Source of the DNA: the human T2T-CHM13v2.0 reference genome, Homo sapiens
DNA: 64,000 nucleotides
Reading direction: 5' to 3' (one strand)
Assembly (NCBI RefSeq): GCF_009914755.1
Contig: NC_060948.1
The notes beneath the pieces are model-generated. The model was not told where the DNA came from. It did not search any database and worked only from the letters and a program-made list of their open reading frames with translations. Made by a program: the position numbers and the translations under genes. Shown one piece after another: positions 13,601 to 28,420 of this stretch. Positions within the stretch are counted from its first letter, which is position 1. Every line of letters begins with the position of its first letter.

Positions 13601-14195
13601 GGAATGCCCTTGAATTAAATGGACTGGAATGGAGTGGCCTCGAACAGAGTGGAATGGAAAGTGTTGAGACAGAATGCAATGGACTCCTTCGGAATGGTGT
13701 AGTATGCAATGCAATCGACTGGCAGGGAATCAAAAGGAATGTAATGGAATGGGTTGGACTGGAATGCAATGGACTCGAATAGATTGGAAACGGAATACAA
13801 AGGAATGGAATGGAATAGTATGGAATGGAATGGAAAGGAATGGAGTGGAATAGTCTAGAGTGGAATGGAATGGACTGGAAAGCAATGGACTGGAATGGAA
13901 CTTTCTTGAATGGACTGGAATCAAACGGAATGGAATGCAATGCAATCAAATGGCATGGAATAAAATAGAATGAAAGAGAATCAAATGGAATTGAATCGAA
14001 TGGAATCGAATGGATTGGAAAGGAATAGAATGGAATGGAATGGAATTGACTCAAATGGAATGGACTAGAATGGAATGGATTCGAATGGAAGGCAAAGGAA
14101 TGGAATCTATTGGAATGGACTGTAATGGAATGGAATGGAAGGGATTGGAATGGACTCGAATGGAATGGACTGCAATAGAAAGGATTCGAATGGAA
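10623..14195 (+). repeat. DYZ1 unit 4 (3573 bp)
   Basis: 1-bp loss in the A tract at ~12314; extra EcoRI at 13312-13317 and extra HaeIII at 13636-13639. Confidence 0.9.
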
Positions 14196-17100
14196 TGAAA
14201 AAGAATTGAATGGAATAGAACAGAATGGAATCAAATCGAATTAAATGGAATGGAATAGAAAGGAATGGAATGAAATGGAATGGAAAGGATTCGAATGGAA
14301 TGCAATCGAATGGAATGGAATCGAACGGAATGGAATAAAATGGAAGAAAACTGGCAAGAAATGGAATCGAAATGAATGGAGTGTTATGGAACGGACTCAA
14401 AAGGAATTGAATGTAATAGAATGGAGTGGAGTGGACTCGAATATAATGGACTGGAATGGAATGAAATCACATGGAATGGGAACGAATGGAATGGAATGGA
14501 AAGGAATGGAATCGAATGGAAAGGAATCGAATGGAAGGGAATGAAATTGAATCAACAGGAATGGAAGGGAATAGAATAGACGGTAATGGAATGGACTCGA
14601 ATAGAATGGACACGAATGCTCAAATTGAATGGACTCCAATGCAATGGAAACGAAAGGAATGTCATCGAATGGAATTGAATCGATTGGAATGAAATCGCAT
14701 AGAATGGAGTGGAATCAAATGGAATTGAATCGAAAGGAAAGGAAGCGAATGGACTGAAATGAAATGGAATGGAATTGAATGGAAAGTAATGCAATGGAAT
14801 AGAATGGAACGAAATTTCACGGAATGGAATCAAACTGAATGGAATCAAGTCAATGGAATCAAATCAAATGGAATGGAAAGGAATTGAATGGAGTAGATTG
14901 GATTGGATGGGATTGGAATGAAATGTACTGGAAAGGACTCGAATTTCATGAAACGGAATGGAATGAATTGGAACGAAATGGACTCGAATGGAATGGAATG
15001 TCATGGAATGGCATCAAATGGAATGGCATCAAATGGAATGGAATCGAATGCAATGGAATGCTATGGAATGGAATGGAATGCATTGGAATGGAATGTCCTC
15101 TAATGGAATGGATTCGAGTGGAATGGAATCGAATATAATGGAGTCGAATGAAATGGAATTGAAAGGAATGGGATCGAATAGAATGGAATATACTGGAATG
15201 TAATGTAATGAACTCGAATGTAATTGACTGGAATGGAATGTACATGAATGGAATGTAATCGAATGGAAAGTAATCCAATGGAATAGAATCTAATGCAATA
15301 AAATCGACTCAGATAGAGTAGAATGTAATGGAATGGAGTGCAGTGCAATGGAATGGAATGGAATGGAATGCAATGGAATGGAAGGCAATGGAATGGAATG
15401 GAATGGAATGGAATGGAATGGGATGGAATGGTATGGAATGGATAGTAATGGACTGGAGTGAAATGGACTGGAAAGGAATGGACTCAAATTGAAAGGGCTC
15501 GAAAGGAATGGAGTCAAATGGAATGGTCTGGAATGGAATGAACACGAATGTAATGCAATCCAATAGAACGGAATCGAATGGCATGGAATATAAAGAAATG
15601 GAATCGAAGAGAATGGAAACAAATGGAATGGAATTGAATGGAATGGAATTGAATGGAATGGGAACGAATGGAGTGAAATTGTATGCAGTAGAAGGGAATA
15701 GAATGGAATGCAAGCGAAAGGAAAGGAATGGATTGGAATGGAATGGAATTCATTGGAATGGAAGGGAATGTAGTGTAATGGACAGGCCTGGAATAAAGTG
15801 GAATGCTACGGTCTCGAATGGAATAAAAATGTATGGAATGGAATGCAATGAAACGGAATCGAATGTCATAGAATGTAATGGAATGCAAAAAAATGGAATC
15901 CAAAATCATTGACTGGAAAGGCTGTGTGGCGAAAGGAATTGACTCCAATGGAATGGAATCGAATGCAATGGAAGTGAATAGAATCGAACTAAATCGAATG
16001 GAATGGAATTGATAGGAACGGAATGGAAAGGAATGCAATGATTTGGCATGGAATGGAATCGAATGGCATCGAATGGAATGGAATGGAATGCAATGGAATG
16101 GAATGTATTAGAATGTAATGAACTTTAATGGAATGTACTCGAATGGATTCGACTGGAATGGAATGTTCTCGAAGTGAATGGACTCCAATGGAATGGATTC
16201 AAAAGGAATGGAATCGTACGGAATGGAATCTAATGGAATGGAATTAAATGGAAGTGAATCAAATTGAATAGCACGGAATTGAATTGAATGGAATGGAATG
16301 CAACGGAATCTAATGAAACGGAAAGGAAAGGAATGGAATGGAATGGAATGGGCTGGAATGGAAAGGAATCGAAACGAATGGAATGGAATCGAACTGAAGA
16401 GACTGGAATGGAATGCACTGGAATGGAAGGGAGTTTAATGGAAGGTTCCCGAAAAAAATGGAATCGAATGGAATGGAATTGAATGGAACGGAATAGAGTC
16501 GAATGGAATTGAATGGAATGGAATGGACTAGAGTGAAATGGAATCGAACCACAAGGAATGGACAGGAATAGAATGGTCTCGAATTGAATGGAATCGTATG
16601 GAATGGCATCAAACGGAATGGAATGGACAGCCACGGAATGGAATGCACTCGAATGCAATGGAGTCGAAACTAATGGACTGGAATAGAATGGACTCGACTG
16701 GTACGGACTCCAATGGAATGGAATCGAATGGAAGGGAATCGAACGGAATGGACTCGAAGGGAAAAGACTGCAAAGGAAAGGTCTCGAATGGAATGGAAAT
16801 TAATGGAATGGAATGGAATCGAATGAAATGGAGTCAAAAGGAATGGAATCGAATGGCAAGAAATCGAATGAAATGGAATCGCAAGGAATTGATGTGAACG
16901 GAACGGAATGGAATGGAATCCAAAGGAATGGAATAGAATGGAATGGAATCGAATGGAAAGGACTCGAATGGAAATCACTCGAATAGAATGCAATTTAATA
17001 AAATAGGATCAAATGTAATGGAATGGAATGGAAAGGAATCGAAACGAAAGGAATGGAGACAGATGGAATGGAATGGAACAGAGAGCAATGGTATAGAATG

Positions 17101-17764
17101 GAATGGAATCATCTGGAATGGAATTGAATGGAATGGAATAATATGAAATGGAATGGAATGGAATGGAATGGAATGCCCTTGAATTAAATGGACTGGAATG
17201 GAATGGACTCGAACAGAGTGGAATGGAAAGTGTTGAGATAGAATGGAATGGACTCCTTTGGAATGGTGTAGTATGCAATGCAATCGACTGGCAGGGAATC
17301 AAAAGGAATGTAATGGAATGGATTGGACTGGAATGCAATGGACTCGAATAGATTGGAAACGGAATGCAAAGGAATGGAATGGAATAGTATGGAATGGAAT
17401 GGAAAGGAATGGAGTGGAATAGACTAGAGTGGAATGGAATGGACTGGAAAGCAATGGACTGGAATGGAACTTTCTTGAATGGACTGGAATCAAACGGAAT
17501 GGAATGCAATGCAATCAAATGGCATGGAATAAAATAGAATGAAAGAGAATCAAATGGAATTGAATCGAATGGAATCGAATGGATTGGAAAGGAATAGAAT
17601 GGAATGGAATGGAACTGACTCGAATGGAATGGACTAGAATGGAATGGATTCGAATGGAAGGCAAAGGAATGGAATCTATTGGAATGGACTGTAATGGAAT
17701 GGAATGGAAAGGATTGGAATGGACTCGAATGGAATGGACTGCAATAGAAAGGATTCGAATGGAA
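14196..17764 (+). repeat. DYZ1 unit 5 (3569 bp)
   Basis: Markers GCTGTGTGGC (~15921), GGTTCCCGA (~16444), ACTGACTCGA (~17614). Confidence 0.9.
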
Positions 17765-20700
17765 TGAAAAAGAATTGAATGGAATAGAACAGAATGGAAT
17801 CAAATCGAATGAAATGGAATGGAATAGAAAGGAATGGAATGAAATGGAATGGAAAGGATTCGAATGGAATGCAATCGAATGGAATGGAATCGAACGGAAT
17901 GGAATAAAATGGAAGAAAACTGGCAAGAAATGGAATCGAAATGAATGGAGTGTTATGGAACGGACTCAAAAGGAATTGAATGTAATAGAATGGAGTGGAG
18001 TGGACTCGAATATAATGGACTGGAATGGAATGAAATCACAAGGAATGGGAACGAATGGAATGGAATGGAAAGGAATGGAATCGAATGGAAAGGAATCGAA
18101 TGGAAGGGAATGAAATTGAATCAACAGGAATGGAAGGGAATAGAATAGACGGTAATGGAATGGACTCGAATAGAATGGACACGAATGCTCAAATTGAATG
18201 GACTCGAATGGAATGGAAACGAAAGGAATGTCATCGAATGGAATTGAATGGATTGGAATGAAATCGCATAGAATGGAGTGGAATCAAATGGAATTGAATC
18301 GAAAGGAAAGGAAGCGAATGGACTGAAATGAAATGGAATGGAATTGAATGGAAAGTAATGCAATGGAATAGAATGGAACGAAATTTCACGGAATGGAATC
18401 AAACTGAATGGAATCAAATCAATGGAATCAAATCAAATGGAATGGAAAGGAATTGAATGGAGTAGATTGGATTGGATGGGATTGGAATGAAATGTACTGG
18501 AAAGGACTCGAATTTCATGAAACGGAATGGAATGAATTGGAACGGAATGGACTCGAATGGAATGGAATGTCATGGAATGGCATCAAATGGAATGGCATCA
18601 AATGGAATGGAATCGAATGCAATGGAATTCTATGGAATGGAATGGAATGCATTAGAATGGAATGTCCTCTAATGGAATGGATTCGAGTGGAATGGAATCG
18701 AATATAATGGAGTCGAATGAAATGGAATTGAAAGGAGTGGGATCGAATACAATGGAATATACTGGAATGTAATGTAATGAACTCGAATGTAATTGACTGG
18801 AATGGAATGTACATGAATGGAATGTAATCGAATGGAAAGTAATCCAATGGAATAGAATCTAATGCAATAAAACCGACTCAGATAGAGTAGAATGTAATGG
18901 AATGGAGTGCAGTGCAATGGAATGGAATGGAATGGAATGCAATGGAATGGAATGGAATGGAATGGAATGGAATGGAATGGGATGGAATGGTATGGAATGG
19001 ATAGTAATGGACTGGAGTGAAATGGACTGGAAAGGAATGGACTCAAATTGAATGGGCTCGAAAGGAATGGAGTCAAATGGAATGGTCTGGAATGGAATGA
19101 ACACGAATGTAATGCAATCCAATAGAATGGAATCGAATGACATGGAATATAAAGAAATGGAATCGAAGAGAATGGAAACAAATGGAATGGAATTGAATGG
19201 AATGGAATTGAATGGAATGGGAACGAATGGAGTGAAATTGTATGCAGTAGAAGAGAATAGAATGGAATGCAAGCGAAAGGAAAGGAATGGATTGGAATGG
19301 AATGGAATTCATTGGAATGGAAGGGAATGTAGTGTAATGGACAGGCCTGGAATAAAGTGGAATGCTACGGTCTCGAATGGAATAAAAATGTATGGAATGG
19401 AATGCAATGAAACGGAATCGAATGTCATAGAATGTAATGGAATGCAAAAAATGGAATCCAAAGTCATTGACTGGAAAGTCTGGGTGTCGAAAGGAATTGA
19501 CTCCAATGGAATGGAATCGAATGGAATGGAAGTGAATAGAATCGAACTAAATCGAATGGAATGGAATTGATAGGAACGGAATGGAAAGGAATGCAATGAT
19601 TTGGCATGGAATGGAATCGAATGGCATCGAATGGAATGGAATGGAATGCAATGGAATGGAATGTGTTAGAATGTAATGAACTTTAATGGAATGTACTCGA
19701 ATGGATTCGACTGGAATGGAATGTTCTGGAAGTGAATGGACTCCAATGGAATGGATTCAAAAGGAATGGAATCGTACGGAATGGAATCTAATGGAATGGA
19801 ATTAAATGGAAATGAATCAAATGGAATAGCACGGAATTGAATTGAATGGAATGGAATGCAATGGAATCTAATGAAACGGAAAGGAAAGGAATGGAATGGA
19901 ATGGAATGGGCTGGAATGGAAAGGAATCGAAATGAATGGAATGGAATCGAACTGAAGAGACTGGAATGGAATGCACTGGAATGGAAGGAAGTGTAATGGA
20001 AGGTTCTCGAAAAAAATGGAATCGAATGGAATGGAATTGAATGGAACGGAATAGAGTCGAATGGAATTGAATGGAATGGAATGGACTAGAGTGAAATGGA
20101 ATAGAACCACAAGGAATGGACAGGAATAGAATGGTCTCGAATTGAATGGAATCGTATGGAATGGCATCAAACGGAATGGAATGGATAGCCACGGAATGGA
20201 ATGCACTCGAATGCAATGGAGTCGAAACTAATGGACTGGAATAGAATGGACTCGACTGGTACGGACTCCAATGGAATGGAATCGAATGGAAGGGAATCGA
20301 ATGGAATGGACTCGAAGGGAAAAGACTGCAATGGAAAGGTCTCGAATGGAATGGAAATTAATGGAATGGAATGGAATCGAATGAAATGGAGTCAAAAGGA
20401 ATGGAATCGAATGGCAAGAAATCGAATGTAATGGAATCACAAGGAATTGATGTGAACGGAACGGAATGGAATGGAATCCAAAGGAATGGAATAGAATGGA
20501 ATGGAATCGAATGGAAAGGACTCGAATGGAAATCACTCGAATAGAATGCAATTTAATAAAATAGGATCAAATGTAATGGAATGGAATGGAAAGGAATCGA
20601 AACGAAAGGAATGGAGACAGATGGAATGGAATGGAACAGAGAGCAATGGTATAGAATGGAATGGAATCATCTGGAATGGAATTGAATGGAATGGAATAAT

Positions 20701-21332
20701 ATGAAATGGAATGGAATGGAATGGAATTGAATGCCCTTGAATTAAATGGACTGGAATGGAATGGACTCGAACAGAGTGGAATGGAAAGTGTTGAGATAGA
20801 ATGGAATGGACTCCTTTGGAATGGTGTAGTATGCAATGCAATCGACTGGCAGGGAATCAAAAGGAATGTAATGGAATGGATTGGACTGGAATGCAATGGA
20901 CTCGAATAGATTGGAAACGGAATGCAAAGGAATGGAATGGAATAGGATGGAATGGAATGGAAAAGAATGGAGTGGAATAGACTAGAGTGGAATGGAATGG
21001 ACTGGAAAGCAATGGACTGGAATGGAACTTTCTTGAATGGACTGGAATCAAACGGAATAGAATGCAATGCAATCAAATGGCATGGAATAAAATAGAATGA
21101 AAGAGAATCAAATGGAATTGAATCGAATGGAATCGAATGGATTGGAAAGGAATAGAATGGAATGGAATGGAATTGTCTCAAATGGAATGGATTCGAATGG
21201 AATGGATTCGAATGGAAGGCAAAGGAATGGAATCTATTGGAATGGACTGTAATGGAATGGAATGGAATGGAATGGAAAGGATTGGAATGGACTCGAATGG
21301 AATGGACTGCAATAGAAAGGATTCGAATGGAA
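17765..21332 (+). repeat. DYZ1 unit 6 (3568 bp, three-part mosaic)
   Basis: Distinct 5' part, unit-4-like middle, type A 3' end. Confidence 0.9.
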
Positions 21333-24300
21333 TGAAAAAGAATTGAATGGAATAGAACAGAATGGAATCAAATCGAATGAAATGGAATGGAATAGAAAGG
21401 AATGGAATGAAATGGAATGGAAAGGATTCGAATGGAATGCAATCGAATGGAATGGAATCGAACAGAATGGAATAAAATGGAAGAAAACTGGCAAGAAATG
21501 GAATCGAAATGAATGGAGTGTTATGGAACGGACTCAAAAGGAATTGAATGTAATAGAATGGAGTGGAGTGGACTCGAATATAATGGACTGGAATGGAATG
21601 AAATCACATGGAATGGGAACGAATGGAATGGAATGGAAAGGAATGGAATCGAATGGAAAGGAATCGAATGGAAGGGAATGAAATTGAATCAACAGGAATG
21701 GAAGGGAATAGAATAGACGGTAATGGAATGGACTCGAATAGAATGGACACGAATGCTCAAATTGAATGGACTCGAATGGAATGGAAACGAAAGGAATGTC
21801 ATCGAATGGAATTGAATGGATTGGAATGAAATCGCATAGAATGGAGTGGAATCAAATGGAATTGAATCGAAAGGAAAGGAAGCGAATGGACTGAAATGAA
21901 ATGGAATGGAATTGAATGGAAAGTAATGCAATGGAATAGAATGGAAGGAAATTTCACGGAATGGAATCAAACTGAATGGAATCAAATCAATGGAATCTAA
22001 TCAAATGGAATGGAAAGGAATTGAATGGAGTAGATTGGATTGGATGGGATTGGAATGAAATGTACTGGAAAGGACTCGAATTTCATGAAACGGAATGGAA
22101 TGAATTGGAACGGAATGGACTCGAATGGAATGGAATGTCATGGAATGGCATCAAATGGAATGGCATCAAATGGAATGGAATCGAATGCAATGGAATGCTA
22201 TGGAATGGAATGGAATGCATTGGAATGGAATGTCCTCTAATGGAATGGATTCGAGTGGAATGGAATCGAATATAATGGAGTCGAATGAAATGGAATTGAA
22301 AGGAATGGGATCGAATACAATGGAATATACTGGAATGTAATGTAATGAACTCGAATGTAATTGACTGGAATGGAATGTACATGAATGGAATGTAATCGAA
22401 TGGAAAGTAATCCAATGGAATAGAATCTAATGCAATAAAATCGACTCAGATAGAGTAGAATGTAATGGAATGGAGTGCAGTGGAATGGAATGGAATGGAA
22501 TGGAATGCAATGGAATGGAATGGAATGGAATGGAATGGGATGGAATGGTATGGAATGGATAGTAATGGACTGGAGTGAAATGGACTGGAAAGGAATGGAC
22601 TCAAATTGAAAGGGCTCGAAAGGAATGGAGTCAAATGGAATGGTCTGGAATGGAATGAACACGAATGTAATGCAATCCAATAGAATGGAATCGAATGGCA
22701 TGGAATATAAATAAATGGAATCGAAGAGAATGGAAACAAATGGAATGGAATTGAATGGAATGGAATTGAATGGAATGGGAACGAATGGAGTGAAATTGTA
22801 TGCAGTAGAAGAGAATAGAATGGAATGCAAGCGAAAGGAAAGGAATGGATTGGAATGGAATGGAATTCATTGGAATGGAAGGGAATGTAGTGTAATGGAC
22901 AGGCCTGGAATAAAGTGGAATGCTACGGTCTCGAATGGAATAAAAATGTATGGAATGGAATGCAATGAAACGGAATCGAATGTCATAGAATGTAATGGAA
23001 TGCAAAAAAATGGAATCCAAAATCATTGACTGGAAAGGCTGGGTGTCGAAAGGAATTGACTCCAATGGAATGGAATCGAATGGAATGGAAGTGAATAGAA
23101 TCGAACTAAATCGAATGGAATGGAATTGATAGGAACGGAATGGAAAGGAATGCAATGATTTGGCATGGAATGGAATCGAATGGCATCGAATGGAATGGAA
23201 TGGAATGCAATGGAATGGAATGTATTAGAAAGTAATGAACTTTAATGGAATGTACTCGAATGGATTCGACTGGAATGGAATGTTCTGGAAGTGAATGGAC
23301 TCCAATGGAATGGATTCAAAAGGAATGGAATCGTACGGAATGGAATCTAATGGAATGGAATTAAATGGAAATGAATCAAATGGAATAGCACGGAATTGAA
23401 TTGAATGGAATCGAATGCAATGGAATCTAATGAAACGGAAAGGAAAGGAATGGAATGGAATGGAATGGGCTGGAATGGAAAGGAATCGAAACGAATGGAA
23501 TGGAATCGAACTGAAGAGACTGGAATGGAATGCACTGGAATGGAAGGGAGTGTAATGGAAGGTTCTCGAAAAAAATGGAATCGAATGGAATGGAATTGAA
23601 TGGAACGGAATAGAGTCGAATGGAATTGAATGGAATGGAATGGACTAGAGTGAAATGGAATCGAACCACAAGGAATGGACAGGAATAGAATGGTCTCGAA
23701 TTGAATGGAATCGTATGGAATGGCATCAAACGGAATGGAATGGACAGCCACGGAATGGAATGCACTCGAATGCAATGGAGTCGAAACTAATGGACTGGAA
23801 TAGAATGGACTCGACTGGTACGGACTCCAATGGAATGGAATTGAATGGAAGGGAATCGAACGGAATGGACTCGAGGGGAAAAGACTGCAATGGAAAGGTC
23901 TCGAATGGAATGGAAATTAATGGAATGGAATGGAATCGAATGAAATGGAGTCAAAAGGAATGGAATCGAATGGCAAGAAATCGAATGTAATGGAATCGCA
24001 AGGAATTGATGTGAATGGAGCGGAATGGAGTGGAATCCAAAGGAATGGAATCGAATGGAAAGGACTCGAATGGAAATCACTCGAATAGAATGCAATTTAA
24101 TAAAATAGGATCAAATGTAATGGAATGGAATGGAAAGGAATCGAAACGAAAGGAATGGAGACAGATGGAATGGAATGGAACAGAGAGCAATGGTATAGAA
24201 TGGAATGGAATCATCTGGAATGGAATTGAATGGAATGGAATAATATGAAATGGAATGGAATGGAATGGAATTGAATGCCCTTGAATTAAATGGACTGGAA

Positions 24301-24876
24301 TGGAATGGACTCGAACAGAGTGGAATGGAAAGTGTTGAGATAGAATGGAATGGACTCCTTTGGAATGGTGTAGTATGCAATGCAATCGACTGGCAGGGAA
24401 TCAAAAGGAATGTAATGGAATGGATTGGACTGGAATGCAATGGACTCGAATAGATTGGAAACGGAATGCAAAGGAATGGAATGGAATAGGATGGAATGGA
24501 ATGGAAAAGAATGGAGTGGAATAGACTAGAGTGGAATGGAATGGACTGGAAAGCAATGGACTGGAATGGAACTTTCTTGAATGGACTGGAATCAAACGGA
24601 ATAGAATGCAATGCAATCAAATGGCATGGAATAAAATAGAATGAAAGAGAATCAAATGGAATTGAATCGAATGGAATCGAATGGATTGGAAAGGAATAGA
24701 ATGGAATGGAATGGAATTGTCTCAAATGGAATGGATTCGAATGGAATGGATTCGAATGGAAGGCAAAGGAATGGAATCTATTGGAATGGACTGTAATGGA
24801 ATGGAATGGAATGGAATGGAAAGGATTGGAATGGACTCGAATGGAATGGACTGCAATAGAAAGGATTCGAATGGAA
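21333..24876 (+). repeat. DYZ1 unit 7 (3544 bp, copy of unit 1)
   Basis: Same variants as unit 1, including TTGAATGCCC (24271), at offset 21332-21337. Confidence 0.9.
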
Positions 24877-27800
24877 TTAAAAAGAATTGAATGGAATAGA
24901 ACAGAATGGAATCAAATCGAATGAAATGGAATGGAATAGAAAGGAATGGAATGAAATGGAATGGAAAGGATTCGAATGGAATGCAATCGAATGGAATGGA
25001 ATCGAACAGAATGGAATAAAATGGAAGAAAACTGGCAAGAAATGGAATCGAAATGAATGGAGTGTTATGGAACGGACTCAAAAGGAATTGAATGTAATAG
25101 AATGGAGTGGAGTGGACTCGAATATAATGGACTGGAATGGAATGAAATCACATGGAATGGGAACGAATGGAATGGAATGGAAAGGAATGGAATCGAATGG
25201 AAAGGAATCGAATGGAAGGGAATGAAATTGAATCAACAGGAATGGAAGGGAATAGAATAGACGGTAATGGAATGGACTCGAATAGAATGGACACGAATGC
25301 TCAAATTGAATGGACTCGAATGGAATGGAAACGAAAGGAATGTCATCGAATGGAATTGAATGGATTGGAATGAAATCGCATAGAATGGAGTGGAATCAAA
25401 TGGAATTGAATCGAAAGGAAAGGAAGCGAATGGACTGAAATGAAATGGAATGGAATTGAATGGAAAGTAATGCAATGGAATAGAATGGAAGGAAATTTCA
25501 CGGAATGGAATCAAACTGAATGGAATCAAATCAATGGAATCTAATCAAATGGAATGGAAAGGAATTGAATGGAGTAGATTGGATTGGATGGGATTGGAAT
25601 GAAATGTACTGGAAAGGACTCGAATTTCATGAAACGGAATGGAATGAATTGGAACGGAATGGACTCGAATGGAATGGAATGTCATGGAATGGCATCAAAT
25701 GGAGTGGCATCAAATGGAATGGAATCGAATGCAATGGAATGCTATGGAATGGAATGGAATGCATTGGAATGGAATGTCCTCTAATGGAATGGATTCGAGT
25801 GGAATGGAATCGAATATAATGGAGTCGAATGAAATGGAATTGAAAGGAATGGGATCGAATACAATGGAATATACTGGAATGTAATGTAATGAACTCGAAT
25901 GTAATTGACTGGAATGGAATGTACATGAATGGAATGTAATCGAATGGAAAGTAATCCAATGGAATAGAATCTAATGCAATAAAATCGACTCAGATAGAGT
26001 AGAATGTAATGGAATGGAGTGCAGTGGAATGGAATGGAATGGAATGGAATGCAATGGAATGGAATGGAATGGAATGGAATGGGATGGAATGGTATGGAAT
26101 GGATAGTAATGGACTGGAGTGAAATGGACTGGAAAGGAATGGACTCAAATTGAAAGGGCTCGAAAGGAATGGAGTCAAATGGAATGGTCTGGAATGGAAT
26201 GAACACGAATGTAATGCAATCCAATAGAATGGAATCGAATGGCATGGAATATAAATAAATGGAATCGAAGAGAATGGAAACAAATGGAATGGAATTGAAT
26301 GGAATGGAATTGAATGGAATGGGAACGAATGGAGTGAAATTGTATGCAGTAGAAGAGAATAGAATGGAATGCAAGCGAAAGGAAAGGAATGGATTGGAAT
26401 GGAATGGAATTCATTGGAATGGAAGGGAATGTAGTGTAATGGACAGGCCTGGAATAAAGTGGAATGCTACGGTCTCGAATGGAATAAAAATGTATGGAAT
26501 GGAATGCAATGAAACGGAATCGAATGTCATAGAATGTAATGGAATGCAAAAAAATGGAATCCAAAATCATTGACTGGAAAGGCTGGGTGTCGAAAGGAAT
26601 TGACTCCAATGGAATGGAATCGAATGGAATGGAAGTGAATAGAATCGAACTAAATCGAATGGAATGGAATTGATAGGAACGGAATGGAAAGGAATGCAAT
26701 GATTTGGCATGGAATGGAATCGAATGGCATCGAATGGAATGGAATGGAATGCAATGGAATGGAATGTATTAGAAAGTAATGAACTTTAATGGAATGTACT
26801 CGAATGGATTCGACTGGAATGGAATGTTCTGGAAGTGAATGGACTCCAATGGAATGGATTCAAAAGGAATGGAATCGTACGGAATGGAATCTAATGGAAT
26901 GGAATTAAATGGAAATGAATCAAATGGAATAGCACGGAATTGAATTGAATGGAATCGAATGCAATGGAATCTAATGAAACGGAAAGGAAAGGAATGGAAT
27001 GGAATGGAATGGGCTGGAATGGAAAGGAATCGAAACGAATGGAATGGAATCGAACTGAAGAGACTGGAATGGAATGCACTGGAATGGAAGGGAGTGTAAT
27101 GGAAGGTTCTCGAAAAAAATGGAATCGAATGGAATGGAATTGAATGGAACGGAATAGAGTCGAATGGAATTGAATGGAATGGAATGGACTAGAGTGAAAT
27201 GGAATCGAACCACAAGGAATGGACAGGAATAGAATGGTCTCGAATTGAATGGAATCGTATGGAATGGCATCAAACGGAATGGAATGGACAGCCACGGAAT
27301 GGAATGCACTCGAATGCAATGGAGTCGAAACTAATGGACTGGAATAGAATGGACTCGACTGGTACGGACTCCAATGGAATGGAATTGAATGGAAGGGAAT
27401 CGAACGGAATGGACTCGAGGGGAAAAGACTGCAATGGAAAGGTCTCGAATGGAATGGAAATTAATGGAATGGAATGGAATCGAATGAAATGGAGTCAAAA
27501 GGAATGGAATCGAATGGCAAGAAATCGAATGTAATGGAATCGCAAGGAATTGATGTGAATGGAGCGGAATGGAGTGGAATCCAAAGGAATGGAATCGAAT
27601 GGAAAGGACTCGAATGGAAATCACTCGAATAGAATGCAATTTAATAAAATAGGATCAAATGTAATGGAATGGAATGGAAAGGAATCGAAACGAAAGGAAT
27701 GGAGACAGATGGAATGGAATGGAACAGAGAGCAATGGTATAGAATGGAATGGAATCATCTGGAATGGAATTGAATGGAATGGAATAATATGAAATGGAAT

Positions 27801-28420
27801 GGAATGGAATGGAATGGAATGCCCTTGAATTAAATGGACTGGAATGGAATGGACTCGAACAGAGTGGAATGGAAAGTGTTGAGATAGAATGGAATGGACT
27901 CCTTTGGAATGGTGTAGTATGCAATGCAATCGACTGGCAGGGAATCAAAAGGAATGTAATGGAATGGATTGGACTGGAATGCAATGGACTCGAATAGATT
28001 GGAAACGGAATGCAAAGGAATGGAATGGAATAGGATGGAATGGAATGGAAAAGAATGGAGTGGAATAGACTAGAGTGGAATGGAATGGACTGGAAAGCAA
28101 TGGACTGGAATGGAACTTTCTTGAATGGACTGGAATCAAACGGAATAGAATGCAATGCAATCAAATGGCATGGAATAAAATAGAATGAAAGAGAATCAAA
28201 TGGAATTGAATCGAATGGAATCGAATGGATTGGAAAGGAATAGAATGGAATGGAATGGAATTGTCTCAAATGGAATGGATTCGAATGGAATGGATTCGAA
28301 TGGAAGGCAAAGGAATGGAATCTATTGGAATGGACTGTAATGGAATGGAATGGAATGGAATGGAAAGGATTGGAATGGACTCGAATGGAATGGACTGCAA
28401 TAGAAAGGATTCGAATGGAA
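24877..28420 (+). repeat. DYZ1 unit 8 (3544 bp, copy of unit 2)
   Basis: Offset 21337 from unit 2; one visible A>G at 25704. Confidence 0.9.
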
